Below, in pieces: positions 26,478 to 32,000 of a DNA stretch of 32,000 nucleotides. The notes under the pieces were generated by a model, which worked only from the letters and a program-made list of their open reading frames with translations, searched no databases and was not told the DNA's origin. How positions within the stretch are numbered: the stretch's first letter is position 1; each line of letters begins with the position of its first letter. Source of the stretch: Nitratidesulfovibrio vulgaris str. Hildenborough (GTDB lineage: Bacteria > Desulfobacterota > Desulfovibrionia > Desulfovibrionales > Desulfovibrionaceae); the NCBI RefSeq assembly GCF_000195755.1, contig NC_002937.3, positions 1,980,001-2,012,000 of the forward strand. The letters are read 5' to 3'. A program made the translations under genes and the position numbers.

Positions 26478-26534
26478 TTGACACTGACAGTTATCGGGAA
26501 GGACACGCCAGCGAGAGGTGCAGGGTGTGTGCAC

Positions 26535-27056
26535 CTACACGGCGTGCTCGATGATGGCACGGCAGAATGCAGGCAGGTCTCCCGGCTTGCGGCTGGAAAT
26601 CTGGTTACGGTCGACCACGACTTCGCTGTTCTCCCATAATGCTCCGGCATTGATGAGGTCGTCCTTGATGCCGGGGGTCGACGTGCAACGGTAGCCGCGC
26701 ATGATGCCTGCCGAGATGGGAATCCACCCCGCGTGGCATATGTGGGCGACAATCTTGCCCGCATGATGCATCTGCCGGGTGAGTTCAAGCACCTTGGGGT
26801 CACGGCGCAGCTTGTCAGGGGCAAAGCCGCCGGGAATCACGAGCAGGTCGAAATCCGCAGCATTCATGTCAGCGATGGCGGCATCAGCCACACACGGGTA
26901 GCTGTGCTTTCCGGCGTAACTACGCCCCTTTTCAGGCCCGGCGACCACCACAGTGGCACCTTCCTCTTCAAGGCGCAGCCGGGGATACCAGAGTTCAAGG
27001 TCTTCATAGATGTCGTCAACAAACATGAGCACACGCTTACCTGCGAGACGCTGCAT
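26535..27056 (-). CDS. DJ-1/PfpI-family protein (intracellular protease/deglycase type)
   Basis: 173 aa from ATG 27056, with GGGAGAGGGA upstream. DLLVIPGGFAP and the nucleophile-elbow AHICHAGW motif. Confidence 0.85.
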   Translation of the reverse strand: MQRLAGKRVLMFVDDIYEDLELWYPRLRLEEEGATVVVAGPEKGRSYAGKHSYPCVADAAIADMNAADFDLLVIPGGFAPDKLRRDPKVLELTRQMHHAGKIVAHICHAGWIPISAGIMRGYRCTSTPGIKDDLINAGALWENSEVVVDRNQISSRKPGDLPAFCRAIIEHAV

Positions 27057-27110
27057 GATTCCCTCTCCCGGCCGAAGGCCGATCTCGCCCCGTTCAGCGG
27101 GGCAACCCAC

Positions 27111-27139
27111 AAAAAAGCGGGGCGGCAAAGCCGCCCCGC
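27111..27139 (-). terminator. Rho-independent terminator of the phn transporter operon
   Basis: On the minus strand: GCGGGGCGGC-ttt-GCCGCCCCGC followed by TTTTTTGT, 10 nt after the phnE stop. Confidence 0.85.
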
Positions 27140-27148
27140 GTGCCTGCA

Positions 27149-27949
27149 TCAGATGATGCGCTTTCGTATCTGCGTCACAAGAATCTCGGCAGCGATGACC
27201 ACCGCGAATATGCACAGCAGAATCAGCGCGACACGATCCCAATGGAACAGGTTGAGCGATTCGTCAAGCGCCATGCCTATGCCACCAGCCCCGACAAGGC
27301 CGATGACCGAGGATTCACGGACGTTGATGTCCCACCTGAAGAGCGAGATACCCCAGAATGCGGGCGAGACCTGCGGCCAGTAGCCCTTGAGGAACACACT
27401 CAACCATGGGGCCCCGGCTGCACGCAAGGCCTCTACAGGGCCCTGACTCGCCTCCTCCAGTGCCTCACCGAACAACTTGCCGACGAAGCCGATGGAACGC
27501 ACGGCGATGGTTATCGTACCCGCAAGCGTTCCGGGACCGAAAATAGCCACGAACAGCAGCGCCCACACCAGCGAGTTGACCGTACGCGTGGAGACGAGGA
27601 TGAACGTGGCGACGAGGTTGAGCAAAGGCACCCGGCACACGTTACGGGCAGCCATGATACCCACTGGCACAGCCATCAGCAGCGTGAGCAGCGTCCCCAG
27701 TGTGGCGATGTTCAGCGTTTCGATGAGAACCGCATGGACGCCTTCGGGGTAGTAGCCGTAGTTGATGGGCCACATACGCCGGAACAGGTCGGCCATTTGC
27801 GTGGGAGCATCCATGAGGAACTCGGGGATGATCTCCACCGTCCGGAACGACCACGCAAGGGCGATGGCGCATCCCAGAAAAATGGTGAACCGTGCAAACC
27901 GCTCTGCCGGGGTGAAGCGAATCCATTCACGTTTGACCGCATCACTCAT
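27149..27949 (-). CDS. phnE: Phosphonate-type ABC transporter permease (PhnE family), distal copy
   Basis: 266 aa multi-span membrane protein. PhnE-type EAA region (EALRAAGAPWLSV) and the conserved C-terminal segment SSVIGLVGAGGIG. Confidence 0.85.
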   Translation of the reverse strand: MSDAVKREWIRFTPAERFARFTIFLGCAIALAWSFRTVEIIPEFLMDAPTQMADLFRRMWPINYGYYPEGVHAVLIETLNIATLGTLLTLLMAVPVGIMAARNVCRVPLLNLVATFILVSTRTVNSLVWALLFVAIFGPGTLAGTITIAVRSIGFVGKLFGEALEEASQGPVEALRAAGAPWLSVFLKGYWPQVSPAFWGISLFRWDINVRESSVIGLVGAGGIGMALDESLNLFHWDRVALILLCIFAVVIAAEILVTQIRKRII

Positions 27950-28743
27950 CGGAAGACCCCCTTAACGCGCTGGGCAAGCAACTCTGAAACCATGATGAGC
28001 GCGATGATCGAGATGAGGATGGCACAAACGAAACCGTAGTCGAAACGCTGGAAGGCGGCTGCCAGCGTACCGCCGATGCCACCGGCACCGACGATGCCGA
28101 TCATCGTCGAGTTACGAAGGTTGGCGTCGGTCTGGTAGGTGGCGAACCCGATGAAGCGGTTGAGCACCTGCGGCAGCACCGAATAGACCAGCACAGACAT
28201 GAACGGAGCACCGGCGGCGCGCATCGCCTCGACCGGCTTGAGCGAAATCTCTTCGATAGCTTCCGCGAACAGCTTGGCGACGAAGCCGATGGAAGCGAAG
28301 ATGAGTGTGAGAATGCCGGCAAGAGGCCCGAACCCGACAGCCTTCACGAAGAGAATGGCGAAGATGACCGGATGGAACGAGCGGCACACGGCGATGAACG
28401 CACGGCTGGGCCATGTGAGCCAGTCGGGCATGAGGTTGCGCGCGGCGCACAGGCCGACGGGCAACGAGATGGCCACACCGAAGGCCGATGAAATGATGGC
28501 TATCTGCACCGTCTCGATGAGGTTGTCTATCAGCAATGCCCACCGCTTGAACACCGGTGGGAACATGCTGCCGAGGAACTTCGCCCCGTTGTCGAGACCG
28601 ATGATGATACGATCGAACGAGATGTCGAGGGCGTTGACGGCATAGACGCAGTAGAGGGCCACCAGCAGGTAGCCTGCCCGCGCCCACCAGTTCACCTCGA
28701 AGGGTGAGGGTCGTTTGATGGCCGAGGCACTCATTGCAGCCAT
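27946..28743 (-). CDS. phnE: Phosphonate-type ABC transporter permease (PhnE family), proximal copy
   Basis: 265 aa. [13 protein letters not shown] and [19 protein letters not shown] overlap with the downstream permease. An alternative start at 28734 would give an ATGA overlap with the phnC stop. Confidence 0.85.
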   Translation of the reverse strand: MAAMSASAIKRPSPFEVNWWARAGYLLVALYCVYAVNALDISFDRIIIGLDNGAKFLGSMFPPVFKRWALLIDNLIETVQIAIISSAFGVAISLPVGLCAARNLMPDWLTWPSRAFIAVCRSFHPVIFAILFVKAVGFGPLAGILTLIFASIGFVAKLFAEAIEEISLKPVEAMRAAGAPFMSVLVYSVLPQVLNRFIGFATYQTDANLRNSTMIGIVGAGGIGGTLAAAFQRFDYGFVCAILISIIALIMVSELLAQRVKGVFR

Positions 28744-29528
28744 TCCTCTCCACCGTAAATCTGCTTCAGGTGGTCGTCCTGCAAGGCCGACGGAACGTCG
28801 TCGAACAGCACTTCACCCTTGCACATGCCGATGACACGGTCGGAGAAACGTCGTCCGAGCGTAACGTCATGGATGTTGACCAGAACGGGGATGTCGCGCT
28901 TTTCGGCCACGGCACGCAACAGTTCCATGATTTCGACAGAGGTCTTCGGGTCAAGCGACGAGGTGGGCTCGTCGGCGAGAAGGATATGAGGCTCCTGCAT
29001 GACCGCACGGGCGATGCCCACGCGCTGGCGCTGTCCCCCGGAGAGTTCGTCGGCACGGGCACGGGCGAAGTCTGCAAGCCCCACCATGTCGAGCAGGTCG
29101 AAGGCCCTGTCGATATCCTCTTGCGGGAACTTGCGCAGCCATGCGCGCCACGGCGAGATGTAGCCGAGGCGTCCACACAGGACGTTCTCCATGACAGAGA
29201 GGCGCTCAACGAGGTTGTATTCCTGAAAGACCATGCCGATACGACGACGGGCCTCGCGCAGGGCCGTCCCCTTCAGGGCACATACATCCTCCCCGCTGAC
29301 GAGGATGCGTCCGGCCGTAGGCTCGATGAGTCTGTTGATGCAGCGCAGCAACGTACTCTTGCCGGTACCCGAAGGGCCGATGATGGCGGTGGTGCTCTGC
29401 CCGCTCACGGTAAAGCTGATATCCTTGAGCACGGCCTTGCCGCGAACATACTCTTTTCTGAGGTGCTCCACCACGAGCGACTTGTCGCCGTGGGCACCTG
29501 CTTTCTTGGGATCGGATGCGTGGGACAC
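28731..29528 (-). CDS. phnC: Phosphonate-type ABC transporter ATP-binding protein
   Basis: 265 aa. Walker [10 protein letters not shown], signature LSGGQRQR, Walker B ILLADEP. PhnC-like N-terminal region. GTG start. Confidence 0.9.
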   Translation of the reverse strand: MSHASDPKKAGAHGDKSLVVEHLRKEYVRGKAVLKDISFTVSGQSTTAIIGPSGTGKSTLLRCINRLIEPTAGRILVSGEDVCALKGTALREARRRIGMVFQEYNLVERLSVMENVLCGRLGYISPWRAWLRKFPQEDIDRAFDLLDMVGLADFARARADELSGGQRQRVGIARAVMQEPHILLADEPTSSLDPKTSVEIMELLRAVAEKRDIPVLVNIHDVTLGRRFSDRVIGMCKGEVLFDDVPSALQDDHLKQIYGGEEWLQ

Positions 29529-29561
29529 GGTTAGTCTTCCGGTTCGTTTGGAACGTTAGAC

Positions 29562-29594
29562 AAAAAACGGGTGCCGGAACGACTCCGGCACCCG
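29562..29594 (-). terminator. Intra-operon rho-independent terminator between phnD and phnC
   Basis: On the minus strand: CGGGTGCCGGA-gtcgt-TCCGGCACCCG followed by TTTTTTG. Sits in the 76-nt phnD-phnC spacer. Confidence 0.75.
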
Positions 29595-29604
29595 CAACGG
29601 TCTG

Positions 29605-30618
29605 CTACTGCTTCTTCTTGGCAGCGGCTTCGGCTTCCTTCTTCGCAACGGCTTCGAGGCCAGCCTGGTTGAAGGTCTCGCCATTGGCTTCGGCGATATC
29701 GCGTATGATGGCCCAGTCCTTCTGATAGGTGACGGTAAAGAAGCGGTCGGCACCACCGAAGGTCTTCTGCATTTCCGGCGTGAAGCGGTACTCGGCGAAG
29801 GCTTCCTTGATCTTCTGGACAAGTTCGGGCTTCAGGTCGTGGGCATAGCCGAACGACGAAGTGGGGAACACGTCGCTCTGCCAGATGACGCGGAAGTCGT
29901 CCTTGTTGATACGACCGGCTTCGGCCATACGCTTGAACACGTCGCCAGCAACCGGGGCGGCGTCGTAGTCGCCGTAGCCGACGCCGAGAATGGACTGGTC
30001 ATGCTTGCCCGAGTAGACCACGGTGTAGTCCTTGTCGGGGGTAAGACCAAGCTTGGGGAAGATGGCGCGGGGGGCGAGGTTGCCGGAGTTGGAAGAAGCG
30101 GAGGTATGCGCCACGCGCTTGCCCTTAAGGTCTTCCAGCTTCTGGTAGGGGCTGTCCTTGCGCACGATGAGCAGCAGACGGTAGCCCTGGAACTCGTCGG
30201 CGTTGCCCTTCACGGCGATGGGCACATAGCCCGCGAGGTTGACGGCGTAGCAGGTGGGGCCGGTAGAGAAGCCTGCGATGTGCAGACGACCCGAGCGCAT
30301 GGCCTCCACCTCGGCAGCGTTGGACTGCACGGTGTAGTAGATGACCTTCTTACCGGTCTTCTTTTCGAGAAATGCCTGAAAATCGGCGAAAGCGTCCTTG
30401 TAGACCGCCGGGTCCTCGACGGGGGTGTAGGTAAACACCAGCGTGCTGGGGTCCTTCTGCTTCGCGGCATCCTTGGGCGTGTCGGCCACAAGGTCCTTGT
30501 TCTCGTCGCAGTAGTTCGAGTCGAGCGCACCGCGGTTGGTGCAGTCGTCAGCGAAGGCAACGGACGCGGTGAACATGGTTGCGGCCATGCAGAGCGCAGC
30601 CAGCCATTTCTTGGACAT
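29605..30618 (-). CDS. phnD: Phosphonate/phosphite-type ABC transporter substrate-binding protein (PhnD family)
   Basis: 337 aa from ATG 30618, with GAGGAGG upstream. Signal peptide MSKKWLAALCMAATMFTASVAFA. LVFTYTPVEDP, HIAGFSTGP and HTSASSNSG blocks resemble PhnD. Confidence 0.85.
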   Translation of the reverse strand: MSKKWLAALCMAATMFTASVAFADDCTNRGALDSNYCDENKDLVADTPKDAAKQKDPSTLVFTYTPVEDPAVYKDAFADFQAFLEKKTGKKVIYYTVQSNAAEVEAMRSGRLHIAGFSTGPTCYAVNLAGYVPIAVKGNADEFQGYRLLLIVRKDSPYQKLEDLKGKRVAHTSASSNSGNLAPRAIFPKLGLTPDKDYTVVYSGKHDQSILGVGYGDYDAAPVAGDVFKRMAEAGRINKDDFRVIWQSDVFPTSSFGYAHDLKPELVQKIKEAFAEYRFTPEMQKTFGGADRFFTVTYQKDWAIIRDIAEANGETFNQAGLEAVAKKEAEAAAKKKQ

Positions 30619-30730
30619 GTGTTCCTCCTCGGAAAGTTTGCGTCGGTACGGTGAACACTCCCTGAAGGCCACGCCGTCACAGGACGGCGTAACCTCAAAT
30701 CCGCTCGACATTAGTAAAAACCAAAGAAGT

Positions 30731-30763
30731 GCAAAAGCACTATTTTGCGCATCAATCACTATA
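30731..30763 (-). promoter_or_regulatory. Candidate -10 box (TATAGT) plus adjacent inverted repeat upstream of phnD
   Basis: On the minus strand, TATAGT lies at 30763-30758. Immediately downstream is GCAAAA-N6-TTTTGC (30731-30748). No good -35 was found. Confidence 0.3.
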
Positions 30764-31170
30764 CATTTTTGACAAACAAAGCGCAGGCAGGGCAAGGCTG
30801 GCCTGCTTTCCCGGGAGAGGCCCCCTCGCAACGACCAAGCACGCGCATCAAACCACAAAAACGCTTAAAAATCAAACCACTATGACATGCATAGCCTTTT
30901 TACAAAATGATTAGATTCACTATGGAGCATGTCGAAGACGTCGCACGTCCTCCCACCAGCCGCACCCCGGTGCCGCCGCTGCCCCCGGACAGGAAGGCGT
31001 GATCCCCCCTGCCATACGGACTCGCCCCCGCCGCCGCATCCCCTATGCCGGGTACCACCAGCCGGTCGTAAGGCAGACCACAGCCAGTTGGTCGCGCAGG
31101 GCCACAGGTGCCGCCTTTCACATCGCGCCATGTCAGACACGCAGAGCACATCGGACGACCTTGGAGCATA

Positions 31171-31203
31171 CGCAAAGGGCCGGTCTTGGACCGGCCCTTT
31201 GCG
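31171..31203 (-). terminator. Long GC hairpin 18 nt after the glpB stop
   Basis: CGCAAAGGGCCGGTC-ttg-GACCGGCCCTTTGCG, 15-nt perfect arms. No clear U-tract on either strand. Confidence 0.5.
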
Positions 31204-31220
31204 TATGAAACCGAAAGACT

Positions 31221-32000
31221 CTAGCCTGCGGAAAACTGCGCGACGAAGGCATCGACAGCCACGGCAGAAGACCCGACAGCAAGACCGACACCGCACTTCT
31301 GGCGCATCCAGTCCTGATGGGCCAACAACGTTCCCACACAACGCACGTCTTCATGAAGCACGCGCCCTTCCTCATCCACCGGACGGAACGAGGAATCGGT
31401 CACCACCCCGGCGCGACTCACCGGATGCCCTGCGGGGTCGAAGAGGTCAAGGCTATGCCACTGCGACCGACCGGCGGGCTGGTGCACAGGCAGGTCGAGC
31501 ACGGTCTCGCGTATCCGGTCGCGCTCAGCGAACAGCCCATGCCCGAGGAAACGCCCCGTGGCGAGTATCATGCCCCGCGCACGGACGACACGTTCGACGC
31601 TCCCCTGCCCGATGGAGACCTGGAGCGCCCCGTCCTGCCGGTGGACATCAAGCACCTTGCGCTGGAGCATGAGGTCCACACCCTCTGTCCCGATATGCCC
31701 CTCGAACACGTTCTTGAGGCGCAGCCCCGGTACCGATGCGGGCAGCGTGGGAATCTCGAAGACCGGTACGCCAAGCATGGCTTCCATCTCGGCCAGAACC
31801 GTCCCGGGATGGAAGATACCGAGGATGGCGGGCAAGCCGACGCACGCGCAATCACCAAGATGTGGGCGGATGACTTCGGCAAGTTGCTCGCGTGTCACCC
31901 GCAACTCGAGAGCCTGCCCCATGATGCCTGTCAGAAGCGGGCGCATGGGGGTGCCGGGAAACTCGACCCGCACCGTACGCAGACCGGGCCATGCCCCGCC
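31221..32000 (-). CDS. glpB: Anaerobic glycerol-3-phosphate dehydrogenase subunit B, C-terminal part (5' end beyond the right edge)
   Basis: IPTLPASVPGLRLKNVF, ILATGRFLGHGLFAERDRIRETVLDLPV and AGVVTDSSFRPV align by eye with E. coli GlpB ([56 protein letters not shown]). The frame stays open from 31973 to 32000, so the track's GTG start is not the true start. Confidence 0.75.
   Translation of the reverse strand, partial: GGAWPGLRTVRVEFPGTPMRPLLTGIMGQALELRVTREQLAEVIRPHLGDCACVGLPAILGIFHPGTVLAEMEAMLGVPVFEIPTLPASVPGLRLKNVFEGHIGTEGVDLMLQRKVLDVHRQDGALQVSIGQGSVERVVRARGMILATGRFLGHGLFAERDRIRETVLDLPVHQPAGRSQWHSLDLFDPAGHPVSRAGVVTDSSFRPVDEEGRVLHEDVRCVGTLLAHQDWMRQKCGVGLAVGSSAVAVDAFVAQFSAG

Noticed and set aside
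26070-26534. 154-aa minus-strand ORF filling the adk/pfpI spacer
   Set aside because: It would start at the pfpI stop and run through both terminator hairpins. It has no SD, Cys/Arg/Ser/Pro-rich composition and no recognisable domain.
30880-31672. ORFs 30929..31672 (+, 247 aa), 30880..31341 (-) and 30900..31175 (-) between phnD and glpB
   Set aside because: The plus ORF is largely antisense to glpB and extremely Arg/Pro-rich. The minus ORFs cross the glpB terminator hairpin or stop and lack SDs.
1-32000. Looked for CRISPR repeats, IS/transposase or integrase genes, tRNA/rRNA genes, toxin-antitoxin pairs and defence-system signatures
   Set aside because: No spaced identical repeats of 25-40 nt, no terminal inverted repeats flanking a transposase-like ORF, and no cloverleaf-like segments in the intergenic regions. 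GC content is uniformly high apart from short promoter regions, which fits core chromosome rather than an accessory island.

Overview
High-GC chromosomal core region of a Desulfovibrio-type sulfate reducer. Gene order and protein sequences match what I remember of Desulfovibrio vulgaris Hildenborough around the hys/hyn hydrogenase loci; this is recognition from memory, not a search.

About 33 tightly packed CDS:
- mfd (partial), cheW, a 74-aa orphan ORF and ugd.
- pdxJ-acpS-nnr-CBS-tsaE-lysC-cimA.
- Two tandem periplasmic hydrogenase loci: [NiFeSe] hysBA plus its own maturation protease, then [NiFe] hynBA plus hynC-hypC.
- An overlapping SGNH-hydrolase / GGCT-like gene pair.
- ileS-lspA, a small PLD_N membrane protein, a YbgF-like TPR lipoprotein and a NIL-ferredoxin.
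- adk, a pfpI/DJ-1 gene, a phnD-C-E-E ABC transporter and the 3' part of glpB.

I saw no rRNA, tRNA, CRISPR array, IS/transposase, integrase or phage genes. I found no convincing evidence for a novel accessory or defence system; this looks like housekeeping plus energy-metabolism DNA.

The most important thing the ORF track hides is an in-frame TGA at 13518-13520 in the first hydrogenase large subunit. Read as selenocysteine, it restores the DP-U-xx-C-xx-H nickel-site motif and extends the CDS to 13586.

Secondary observations:
- Lipobox-like M-[S/G]-G-C N-termini on both large subunits.
- An internal SD+ATG in lysC, suggesting a beta subunit.
- A strongly C-rich, G-poor non-coding tract upstream of adk.
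- A gene-less 460-nt convergent spacer after adk.
- An intra-operon terminator after phnD.
- Repeated motifs in the phn and hys upstream regions.

All hairpin and motif coordinates were worked out by hand and could be off by a base or two. The mfd and glpB fragments are open to the window edges and were translated by me.
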